Sequence record: SRR22947725_425
DNA length: 59,443 bases
Direction: 5' to 3' (one strand)
Below, one piece after another: positions 17,132 through 26,499 of this stretch. Below the pieces are notes generated by a model, which was given only the letters and a program-made list of their open reading frames with translations, searched no databases and was not told the DNA's origin. Numbering within the stretch: the first letter of the stretch is position 1; each line of letters starts with the position of its first letter. The translations under genes and the position numbers were made by a program.

Positions 17132-20100
17132 TATTTAGCTGATGATTGATTCGAAACTGTTTTGGAATCAATCCTGTATAGGTTTTAAATCTCTTAGTGA
17201 AATAAGAGGGAGAAGCAAAGCCAACTCGATAACATATTTCTCCAATACTCATGTCAGAACTTTCCAGCAATTCCTTAGACTTTTCGAGGCGGATTTTTCG
17301 AATAAGCTCGTTGGTTGACATAGCAGTCATGTTCTTAATCAAACGATAAAGTTTACTTCTGCTTAAGTGTAATTCATCTGCAATATCTTGAACACTCAAG
17401 TCTTCTTTAGACAAGTTATTTCCAATTACTGTAACGACGTCGGCTAGAGTTTTTTTATCGTTAGACTCTGTGTCAATCTTAAGGTCAAGACTATCAAAAT
17501 AGGAATTGTAAAACTGATTCTTGGAAAGAATCATTTGTTTTAAATGCGATTTCAATAAGTTTAAACTAAAAGGCTTTTTTAAATACACATCTGCGCCAGC
17601 ATCAATTCCTTGAATACGGTCTTGCTCTGAAACTTTTGCCGTTAACATCAGAATTGGAATTACACTTGTTTCTTTATCCTTTTTGAGTAATTCACACATC
17701 TCAAATCCATTGAGCTCGGGCATCATCACATCGCTGATAATCGCATCGGGTCGTAGCGCTTTTGCCATATCATACCCTACCCTACCATTGCCAGCTTCGT
17801 GAATTTTATACGTCACGCTTAGTTCACTTTTCAAGTATTCCCGTAACTCCACATTATCTTCAACTATCAAAACACTATATTCTCTTTGATCAGCATGCTC
17901 TTGTGAATCCTCCGATAAAGCTAAAACCTCCTCTTCATCTTGAGTTTGCTCAAACATTACTTCATTATTTACGAGTTGATTTTGTTCAAAATGAGTATTT
18001 CCTAAAGGAAAATATATTTTGAATGAAGTGCCAATGTTTTCAGCACTTTCAACTTCAATCTTCCCTTTATGATAATCTATAAATGCACTTACTACTTCCA
18101 AACCAATTCCGGTACCGCCGTAATATTGTTCGTTATTTTGTTCGTCTTGATAAAAGCGCTCAAATATCTTTTTAATGTTTTCTTTCTTAACCCCAAAACC
18201 ACTGTCTTGAACGACAACCCCTAGCGCTGGAATTGGTTTTTCTGGATCAATTAGAGGGAAAATAACGCCTACATTATGATTTACTGCTTGAATACGAATA
18301 CTCCCTCCATCTTTTGTTGCCTTAAAGGCGTTTGACAATAGGTTATAAATAATCTTTTCGAACATGGATGAATCTACCCACACATTATGGTCAAACAGTT
18401 TATCAAAATCAGAATGTAAATTTATTTTCCTGTCTATAGACTCTTCTTTAAAATTTAAAAGAACCTCTTCGATTTCGTTTCTAATATTTACATTTTTTGC
18501 CCGAACTTGAATTTTACTAAACTGCATTTTTCTAAAATCCATTAACTCATCAATCAAGCGTTTCATTCGCTTGGTATTTCGGTGGATTGTTTTATGCTTA
18601 TCGCGTACTTCTTTTGGTAAATTCAACCGCATAGAACTTGAAACCAAGCTCTCTAAGGGGTTTAAGATTAAGGTTAATGGCGTTCTAAATTCATGGGATA
18701 TGTTTGTAAAGAATTGAATTTTCTTGTTGTGAAGTTCCTCAGTTTGTTTTCGTTGATTTCGTTCTAATACTACCTTTTGTTTTTCGATGCCTTTTAATCG
18801 TAATATTCGATAGATATAGAAAACAAGTAAAAAGGCAAATAAAACATAGCCCAATCGTGTTGCGATGGTATTCCACCAAGGGGGAAGGACTTTCACAAAC
18901 AAGTCTTTGGAAGTAGCCGACCAAACACCGTCATTGTTGGCTGCTTTTAGTTTAAATACATACTCCCCTGGTCTAATATTCGTGTATGTAGCAGTACGTA
19001 AATCGTTTACATAATTCCAATTATCTTCGAGACCTTCTAGCGTATATGCATAGCTATTATTTGCACCTCGGGTATAATTTATCCCTGTGTAGTCAATAGC
19101 AAATGACGATTGGTTGTGGTTTAATCGTAGAGTATCCATAAGATGGAGTGCCTTGGTTAAAGCACCCTCTGGATGGATAGGCACATCTATATTGGATATT
19201 TTAAGATTTGTAAGTTTAATTTTTGGAGGATTTTCATTTGTCAACATGTCATCAAAATCGAAAAAACAAATTCCCTCGCTAGTACCTACATAAAGGGTTT
19301 CACTGTCTTGAAAAAATGCATTTCTATTGACATTATTACTTAGTAATCCATCAGGGGTTGAGAAAGTTTTAGATGCATCAGTAGCTGCATTGTATTGAAT
19401 TAAACCTCGATCACTACCAAGCCAATACATTCCATCATAGGTTTGCGTTATTGAATTAATTGATATGTTTCGCATGTCAGAATTGTTCATATGCCATGTA
19501 AACTTATCCTCAACATTGGTGTAACTAAAAACTCCGTAGCCATCAGTACCAATCCAGATGTTTTTGTTTAAATCCTCATAAAGTGAAAAAACAATGAATT
19601 CTGAAATACGTCCACCACTCACTTTACCAATTTCAGCATTCATAGAAACTAAACGCCCTGTTTTGGGTGAGTATCGAAAAAGGCCTTTTCGCGTACCCAA
19701 CCAAATATTATCCTGTGAGTCAACGATTACTTTTCTGATGTTACTATTGTCGAGTTCTAGTTGTACAAAAGCATCAGAATTATAATGCATAAAATCACGT
19801 GTTGAAGGATCATATGAAATCAAACCGCCTGAAAAAGTCCCTATCCAAATAATTCCTTTAGAGTCTTCCGCAAAACTCACAACCCTATTTGATAGAATAG
19901 ATTCAGGATTAGTCTTTGTGTTATAATTGATAAATCTTTTTGACCCTTTTTTAAGAAGATAAATACCATTATACCAAGACGCAACCCAAACATTTTCCTT
20001 ACTGTCAATAAAAATGGAAGGAATATCAAGACTATTTAGACCAGAAGCAATCTTGTTATTTGGATCATTAAAATGTGTGAAAACTTCTCTAGAAGTATCA

Positions 20101-21233
20101 TAAAAATAAACGCCTCCGTCTATACTACTAAACCAAATGTTTTCTTTAACATCCTTAAAAATCGATGATATCGAACTGGGAAAAGGCCTTAAATCTGATC
20201 CAATGTTATTTTGTAAGAAACTAAACTTAAAATGCAGTGGGTCGTATTTGTAAACCCCTTTATCATAATACCCAATAAAGATTCTATTTTCGTCGTCACA
20301 ATAAATCGACCAAATCGAATTGGACTGAACCCCAAAAAGGTTCTCATCCTGTTTTGTGTATTTCTTTTGAATATCCCCTTTACTATTTAACACAAACAAG
20401 CCGTCGTTTTCTGTTCCACAAAGCAGGGTTCCAGACTGGTATTCAACAACAGAAAAAATACGTTTATCAGTAAAAGGAAAGTGCTCAATCTTCAAATCAT
20501 TAGAATTATAAGGAGCGATCTTAAGCAAACCTTTATTCATAGTTCCTAACCAAAGGTTGTTAAGACTGTCAGTTGTTAAACTTAGTATTGAGTTTGACAA
20601 CAGGGCCTGATCATGTTCATTTCGCAATTGAAGAAAATTAATCTTTAATTGATGAAGGTCGAGTTGAAAAAGGCCTAAGTTGGTAGCTAGCCACGTTCGT
20701 CCAGATCGATCTACGGCAATATCATTAACCTGTAAGCCATTCTCTTCGATTGTAGATGGTAATGCTATCTTTTGAACTTCTTGCGTCTTAGTATCGTAGA
20801 TGTAAACCCCTTTTTGATGGGTACCCAAAATAATTCGATTTTGATCTAAAGTTCCAATAGCATGAATCGCCGTATTTTTTTGAAAATGACGCGAAAAGGT
20901 ATCATTATTACTATCGTATAAATGAAGCCCTTTATCTGTACCTATCCATAGATTCGCGTTGGCGTCTAAATGTATGTCGTTAATTACTGAACTAGAAAGT
21001 GCAGAATCTAAATCTATAGTATGCTGGTATGTTTGAACTTGAATTCCATCAAATTTCTTTAAACCACCCCCATAGGTTCCAATCCATAGGTAGCCATTCG
21101 CATCCTTTGACATACAAGTAATTGCACGTCTACCAATTTCATCATTGGTTTTAACAAATAGAAACGAACTGTCTTGAGAAAAAACTGTACAAAACGAAAA
21201 AAGGAATAACGCAAAGAATAGAAAGTTTCTCAA
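17124..21233 (-). CDS. Hybrid two-component system (beta-propeller sensor, Y_Y_Y, His kinase, receiver, AraC HTH)
   Basis: Repeated D..G.LWIGT propeller blades, YAYTLEG...YTN...GEY, PPWW + TM, ISHEFRTPL, GGTGIGL, IISDVMMP, VGFASPSYF. Confidence 0.97.
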   Translation of the reverse strand: MRNFLFFALFLFSFCTVFSQDSSFLFVKTNDEIGRRAITCMSKDANGYLWIGTYGGGLKKFDGIQVQTYQHTIDLDSALSSSVINDIHLDANANLWIGTDKGLHLYDSNNDTFSRHFQKNTAIHAIGTLDQNRIILGTHQKGVYIYDTKTQEVQKIALPSTIEENGLQVNDIAVDRSGRTWLATNLGLFQLDLHQLKINFLQLRNEHDQALLSNSILSLTTDSLNNLWLGTMNKGLLKIAPYNSNDLKIEHFPFTDKRIFSVVEYQSGTLLCGTENDGLFVLNSKGDIQKKYTKQDENLFGVQSNSIWSIYCDDENRIFIGYYDKGVYKYDPLHFKFSFLQNNIGSDLRPFPSSISSIFKDVKENIWFSSIDGGVYFYDTSREVFTHFNDPNNKIASGLNSLDIPSIFIDSKENVWVASWYNGIYLLKKGSKRFINYNTKTNPESILSNRVVSFAEDSKGIIWIGTFSGGLISYDPSTRDFMHYNSDAFVQLELDNSNIRKVIVDSQDNIWLGTRKGLFRYSPKTGRLVSMNAEIGKVSGGRISEFIVFSLYEDLNKNIWIGTDGYGVFSYTNVEDKFTWHMNNSDMRNISINSITQTYDGMYWLGSDRGLIQYNAATDASKTFSTPDGLLSNNVNRNAFFQDSETLYVGTSEGICFFDFDDMLTNENPPKIKLTNLKISNIDVPIHPEGALTKALHLMDTLRLNHNQSSFAIDYTGINYTRGANNSYAYTLEGLEDNWNYVNDLRTATYTNIRPGEYVFKLKAANNDGVWSATSKDLFVKVLPPWWNTIATRLGYVLFAFLLVFYIYRILRLKGIEKQKVVLERNQRKQTEELHNKKIQFFTNISHEFRTPLTLILNPLESLVSSSMRLNLPKEVRDKHKTIHRNTKRMKRLIDELMDFRKMQFSKIQVRAKNVNIRNEIEEVLLNFKEESIDRKINLHSDFDKLFDHNVWVDSSMFEKIIYNLLSNAFKATKDGGSIRIQAVNHNVGVIFPLIDPEKPIPALGVVVQDSGFGVKKENIKKIFERFYQDEQNNEQYYGGTGIGLEVVSAFIDYHKGKIEVESAENIGTSFKIYFPLGNTHFEQNQLVNNEVMFEQTQDEEEVLALSEDSQEHADQREYSVLIVEDNVELREYLKSELSVTYKIHEAGNGRVGYDMAKALRPDAIISDVMMPELNGFEMCELLKKDKETSVIPILMLTAKVSEQDRIQGIDAGADVYLKKPFSLNLLKSHLKQMILSKNQFYNSYFDSLDLKIDTESNDKKTLADVVTVIGNNLSKEDLSVQDIADELHLSRSKLYRLIKNMTAMSTNELIRKIRLEKSKELLESSDMSIGEICYRVGFASPSYFTKRFKTYTGLIPKQFRINHQLNNE

Positions 21234-21394
21234 AAGTTGAGTTTTATATAACGTTTAAGTCAAATTATACTGCAAATATCGGATTTTAATTGTTTTATTA
21301 TATTTATTATTGCGTGCAATGCTAAAAAAAAAGCAGGATCGGAGTGTTTTGAATTATAAGTTGTAGTTTTAGAGCTTCTTTAAAAAAAATTACT

Positions 21395-22801
21395 GTGACT
21401 TTTTTACAATTAAACAATGCCAAACAAACGTTAATGCTGATTACGTTTGTACTTTATACGATTACACTACAAGCACAACAACCAAACATGTTCCTTTATA
21501 TAGCAGATGACCAAAATCCTTGGGATTATGGAGTGCATGGAAATATTCAGGTTGATACAAGTGCCTACGACGAACTCGTAAGTGAAGGTATGGTGTTTAT
21601 GAACGCATATACGACTCAAGCAATATGCGCACCCAGTCGATCTCAAATATTTACTGGGTTATATCCAATGAAAAACGGCTGTATGGCCAACCATTTGCCC
21701 GTTAAAGAGATCCCAGATATTAATGATCATTTAAACGCCCTTGGATATGAGGTTGTATTGGCAGGAAAAGGACACATAAAGCCGAATACAGTCTTTAATT
21801 GGACCCATCACTTTTATTCAACAAAGAACAAATTATTACCATTGGACAAAGTAGAATCTTACATTAAAACAGCAACAAAGCCATACTGCATCATCTTTGC
21901 TTCTGAATTACCGCACGGTCCATATCCAGCAACCAACTCTTATACGAACAAACCTTTAGACTATGACCCATCTGCTAGAGTAACAAATACGAAAATAGAC
22001 AAATACAAGTCTGGGTATTATCAAAATATTGAAGACGACAACAAACAATTAACTGAAGTCGTTTCCATGTTAAAACGCTTGTCATTGTATGATGAATCTA
22101 TCTTTATGTATTTATCTGACCATGGACTAAAAGGGAAATGGAGTGTTTCGGAAACTGGGCTTAAAATTCCTTTTGTAGTGCGATGGCCAAAAAAAATACG
22201 TCCTGCAAGTAAAACCAACCAGCTCGTTTCTCTAGTTGATATCTTACCAACATGGATTGAAATTGCAGGGGGAGATTCTAGCGAACAAATCGATGGAGTT
22301 AGTTTTTTACCCTTACTAAACGGAGTAGATAATCCCGTACGGGATTTTGCTTATGGGATCGCAACGCGTCAGAATATTCAAAAATGCTATGTTTTCCCAT
22401 CAAGATCTATTCGTAATGCACGCTACAAATACATCAAAAACTTTAATGCCCATAAGGTGTACAAACAAAATCTTGGTGACAATCCCTCTATTAACGAATT
22501 CATCAAAAATGGAGCGATGAAATTTAAGCATAAGCCCTATGAAGAGCTGTATGATTTGGAAGTCGACCCTTTTGAAAAAAATAATTTGGCTAACAACAGT
22601 AGTTTTCAAAATGAAAAAGAAGCCTTGTCATTAGAACTATCTGCTTGGATGAAATCACAGCAGGACTTTTTGATCACGCACAAAATGCCATTAATTAAGC
22701 CAACACTTCACCCATTAGACCGCCAATCGAAATGGAATAAGCCAGATGCTATATTAATAGGTAGTCTAACAAGCAAAGACTATATGCCCGTTCATTATTA
22801 G
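21395..22801 (+). CDS. S1 (formylglycine-dependent) sulfatase, SGSH-like
   Basis: PNMFLYIADD, CAPSR..IFTG, SDHG, EELYDLEVDPFEKNNLA. Confidence 0.9.
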   Translation: MTFLQLNNAKQTLMLITFVLYTITLQAQQPNMFLYIADDQNPWDYGVHGNIQVDTSAYDELVSEGMVFMNAYTTQAICAPSRSQIFTGLYPMKNGCMANHLPVKEIPDINDHLNALGYEVVLAGKGHIKPNTVFNWTHHFYSTKNKLLPLDKVESYIKTATKPYCIIFASELPHGPYPATNSYTNKPLDYDPSARVTNTKIDKYKSGYYQNIEDDNKQLTEVVSMLKRLSLYDESIFMYLSDHGLKGKWSVSETGLKIPFVVRWPKKIRPASKTNQLVSLVDILPTWIEIAGGDSSEQIDGVSFLPLLNGVDNPVRDFAYGIATRQNIQKCYVFPSRSIRNARYKYIKNFNAHKVYKQNLGDNPSINEFIKNGAMKFKHKPYEELYDLEVDPFEKNNLANNSSFQNEKEALSLELSAWMKSQQDFLITHKMPLIKPTLHPLDRQSKWNKPDAILIGSLTSKDYMPVHY

Positions 22802-22849
22802 CAGCATTTTCTACTCAAACATCTAACTATTAAGCAGTATTTCAACAAC

Positions 22850-22881
22850 TTGACATGCTTGTTGCATTTTTTGGTTAATAA
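22850..22881 (+). promoter_or_regulatory. Candidate HTCS-binding site, copy 2
   Basis: TTGACATGCTTGTTGCATTTTTTGGTTAATAA; starts 59 nt before the TATATTTG box at 22909. Confidence 0.5.
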
Positions 22882-22936
22882 TTTACACACAGCCGTTTTA
22901 GCTAATAATATATTTGACTAAATCAAAATTAATTAG

Positions 22937-24031
22937 ATGAAACCAATCTACACAATTGTAACATTATACATGCTAACAGTAGTTGTTACAGCGTGTTCTA
23001 CACATGCTCAACTCAATGAATCTTTAAATCCAAACCCTGATTTTAAAAATACACCCTTAGTATCTGAAATCTATACTGCAGACCCTTCTGCGCATCTTTT
23101 TGATGGTAAGATTTACATTTACGCATCACACGATATTGAGTCTGGGGGCATTGAGGATGATAGTGGGAATCATTTTAACATGATTGACTATAATGTGCTC
23201 TCAATGGATGCTGATGGAAGTAACGTTACGGTACATCCTGTGGGTTTATCAGTTGATGATGTTGCATGGGCAGAAAGTAAGTTTTGGGCTCCCGATGCTG
23301 CTTATAAAAACGGGAAATACTATTTATACTTTCCTGCTAAAGACAAAGACAATGTTTTTAGATTGGGTGTTGCTGTTTCAGACAAGCCAGAAGGACCATT
23401 TGATCCACAACCCGAGCCAATGAAGGGAAGCTACAGTATTGATCCATCCGTTTTTATCGATGATGATGGAAGCGCTTATATTTATTTCGGAGGCATTTGG
23501 GGTGGACAACTACAGCGATGGGAAGAAGGCACTTATGATGCCAACGGTTCATTAAAAGATTCCGGAATCCCAAACAGTCCTGCAATTTTGCCTCGAATGG
23601 CAAAATTGACCGATGACATGCTTGAGTTTGCTGAAGACGTGAAGTCAATAGAGGTTCTTGATAAATCGGGGAATCCCATACTGACAAAAGATTTAGACAG
23701 AAGGTTTTTTGAAGCACCATGGATTCATAAACACAACGGCATTTACTATTTAAGCTATTCCACTGGTGACACTCATTTATTGGCGTATGCAACGAGTGAC
23801 AACCCATACGGGCCCTTTACATATCAAGGATTACTCAATGAACCTGTACAAGGGTGGACGAATCATCATTCCACCATTAAAGTCGGTGATCAATGGTTTT
23901 TATTTTATCATGATACCGAGATTTCTGGAAAAACACACTTAAGAAATGTGAAATTCACTTCGTTTAATCACAATCAAGATGGAAGCATCAGTCCAATAAA
24001 AACATATTTTGGCTCTGATTGGAGATTCTAA
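22937..24031 (+). CDS. GH43 (subfamily 1-like) beta-xylosidase/arabinosidase lipoprotein
   Basis: YTADPSAH, WAPDAA, SIDP, FFEAPW, GWTNHHS; VTAC lipobox. Confidence 0.92.
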   Translation: MKPIYTIVTLYMLTVVVTACSTHAQLNESLNPNPDFKNTPLVSEIYTADPSAHLFDGKIYIYASHDIESGGIEDDSGNHFNMIDYNVLSMDADGSNVTVHPVGLSVDDVAWAESKFWAPDAAYKNGKYYLYFPAKDKDNVFRLGVAVSDKPEGPFDPQPEPMKGSYSIDPSVFIDDDGSAYIYFGGIWGGQLQRWEEGTYDANGSLKDSGIPNSPAILPRMAKLTDDMLEFAEDVKSIEVLDKSGNPILTKDLDRRFFEAPWIHKHNGIYYLSYSTGDTHLLAYATSDNPYGPFTYQGLLNEPVQGWTNHHSTIKVGDQWFLFYHDTEISGKTHLRNVKFTSFNHNQDGSISPIKTYFGSDWRF

Positions 24032-24090
24032 TTTCTGAATAGGCAAAATGTGGGTTGGTTTGTAATTGAAATACTGCTATACTTTTCAAA

Positions 24091-26385
24091 ATGAATTTCA
24101 TGAAAAAAATTTCTGAAAATTTTCTGTTTTACACGAAAACACTATGCCTATTGCTAAGTGGCATAGGCTTAAATGCGCAAAATTATTATGTGTCTCATGG
24201 TGATGGGTCGGATTCAAATAACGGAACAGAAGCCGCTCCATTTAAAACAATTGACAGGGGGATTACTGCTGTAACTGCAGGGGGTACCGTATTTGTAATG
24301 AACGGCACCTACCAAAATAATAATTATGGGTCGCCAAACCCCTCAAGCACAAACGGAGCACTAAGCACCAACATGAACAACCCGCATGTGGTAACGATTA
24401 ATAAATCGGGAAGTGCAAATCAAGGGTATATCACATTGAAGAACTATCCGAGTCATACACCAAAAATTCAGTTTGATGGAAAGGGTGGCATTTTGATTTC
24501 TGGAAACTCAAGTTATATTATTATCGAGGGGTTTGAAGTCGAAGGACCTGCAGCTGCTATAAATTATAATTTGGCGGTTGTTGATAGAAATTATAAAATT
24601 CAGCTAGCAGAGGATGACAATTCTGCAACAAATTACAACCACAGTTATTTTTCGGGTAAAGGAATTTGGGGGGGCTACACAGCACATAACCATGTTATTA
24701 TTAGAAATAATATTGTTCACGATACGCCTGGATCTGCCATTCGTTTTAATGACAGTGACCACATAACTATTGAAAATAATACGGTCTACAATGCGACTTG
24801 GTGGACATCTTCCGCATCCAGTGCTATTGTATTTGCCGAAACCATTGCAGCAAGCGGAGATAACGGAACCGACATTAAGATGATTATGCGTGGCAATACT
24901 GTATACAACAATTGGAACCGTATTTTATTTTACGTAACTCAATTACCCGATAACTCGGGAAATGAAAATCCAAATTATGGAAGTTCTTCATTTACCAGTA
25001 TTTGGGATGGACAAGGGCTTTATGTAACACGAAGCGACGATAATTATTTGGGGACTTTCTTGTTTGAAAACAATCTTTGTGTCAATAATGGTAAAAACGG
25101 AATAAACTTTGACCATTCGTTGGGTGCTACAGGTATTATTCGAAACAATACCATCTATTTTAACGGGGTTCATGAAATCATTCAAGACATGTCTGAACTA
25201 GAAGGCAACACAGCACATCGCGGTCAAAAAGTTGGCGGAATTAAAGCCAATAAAATTAAAAACATAACGGTTGCCAATAATATTGTTGTTACCCGTGATA
25301 GTGAATTCTCTGCGTTACAGCTTCCTAATATTTCAGGCACCAAAATAGCCACGAATAATCTTTTTCACAACGGAACGGTTTCCTATCCAGGCAATCAAGA
25401 GCCAGCAAACATCATAAATGTTGCGCCACAGTTTGTAAATGCACCCACTACGGAAGATGATGCAACATCGATTTTGGGTTGGGCCAACTACCTTGATGGA
25501 ACCGATTTTTCATTGGCGTCTGGGTCTCCGGCTATTGATGCAGGAAGTCCTAACTACGCACCAGCAACTGATATTAACGGAAAATCAAGACCAAGTAATG
25601 ATTCGAATACAATATCATCTTCTAGCTTTGAAGGCTCAACGGGTGGCTGGATATCATTTGGCTCTACGGTAGAAATGAGTGCTGCTGAAGCAAAAAGTGA
25701 TGAAAGTAGCCTACTGACATCAGCACGTACATTAAATTGGCACAGTCCAAAACTTGACTTAAACGGTCTTTTAACAGCTGGTGAAACCTATACATTTTAT
25801 GTGTGGGTAAAATTACCGGAAAACGCTACGGGATCGGCACAACTTGTTGTGAAACGAACAACAGGAGGTGTTTCCGACTATGATTCTCTAGGGAATAACA
25901 CAACTCTTTCGGATACTGAATGGACACGATTGAGTGCTGATTATACCTATACAGCTGTAGATGACAGTTTTGTTTATGTCAAAGGACCAGCAGTATCGAA
26001 TGGGGTTGGTGTAGATTATTATATAGATGACTTTTCATTGGTAACTCAAGGGTCTCCAGAAGCAAATTTTTCAGATGCTGGAGATATTGTGGATATAGGT
26101 GCCTTTGAATTTCAACGTCCTTTATCACTTAAGCATCTTATCCAAGAAGTGGGAAGTATAGCATATCCAAACCCAACTACAAGTACCATTACCATTACCA
26201 ATCAAATCACGGGAGACAATATCATGGTGTTTGATCTTTTGGGAAAACAACACCAAATTGGAAAAAAATACAAGCAATCTTCAAAAGAAGTTATCCTTGA
26301 TGTATCGAGCTTACGTAGTGGTCTGTATTACGTACAGCTTAAAAAAGCGGGGAATAGGAACATCATCAAATTTTTAAAGAAATAA
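24091..26385 (+). CDS. Right-handed beta-helix protein (DUF1565-like N-terminus) + CBM22/CBM4-like module + T9SS CTD
   Basis: YYVS..GSDSNNGTEAAPFKTI; IRNNIVHD/IENNTVYN/FENNLCVNN helix turns; SFEG...WHSP...YTFYVWVK...WTRLS...YYIDDF CBM; YPNP CTD. Confidence 0.78.
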   Translation: MNFMKKISENFLFYTKTLCLLLSGIGLNAQNYYVSHGDGSDSNNGTEAAPFKTIDRGITAVTAGGTVFVMNGTYQNNNYGSPNPSSTNGALSTNMNNPHVVTINKSGSANQGYITLKNYPSHTPKIQFDGKGGILISGNSSYIIIEGFEVEGPAAAINYNLAVVDRNYKIQLAEDDNSATNYNHSYFSGKGIWGGYTAHNHVIIRNNIVHDTPGSAIRFNDSDHITIENNTVYNATWWTSSASSAIVFAETIAASGDNGTDIKMIMRGNTVYNNWNRILFYVTQLPDNSGNENPNYGSSSFTSIWDGQGLYVTRSDDNYLGTFLFENNLCVNNGKNGINFDHSLGATGIIRNNTIYFNGVHEIIQDMSELEGNTAHRGQKVGGIKANKIKNITVANNIVVTRDSEFSALQLPNISGTKIATNNLFHNGTVSYPGNQEPANIINVAPQFVNAPTTEDDATSILGWANYLDGTDFSLASGSPAIDAGSPNYAPATDINGKSRPSNDSNTISSSSFEGSTGGWISFGSTVEMSAAEAKSDESSLLTSARTLNWHSPKLDLNGLLTAGETYTFYVWVKLPENATGSAQLVVKRTTGGVSDYDSLGNNTTLSDTEWTRLSADYTYTAVDDSFVYVKGPAVSNGVGVDYYIDDFSLVTQGSPEANFSDAGDIVDIGAFEFQRPLSLKHLIQEVGSIAYPNPTTSTITITNQITGDNIMVFDLLGKQHQIGKKYKQSSKEVILDVSSLRSGLYYVQLKKAGNRNIIKFLKK

Positions 26386-26499
26386 GGTGTCATTTGGCCT
26401 ATTTGTGCACAAATGACGTAAATGTTCTATTTTAATAATGATACCTTATATTATTGAAATTATAACATTGATAATTTTACAACTAAATAATAACCGACA

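Noticed and set aside
14461-26470. Exact 14-mer AAATTATAACATTG upstream of GH10 (14461) and susC (26457)
   Set aside because: Very AT-rich and at different positions relative to the promoter boxes, so plausibly a chance match
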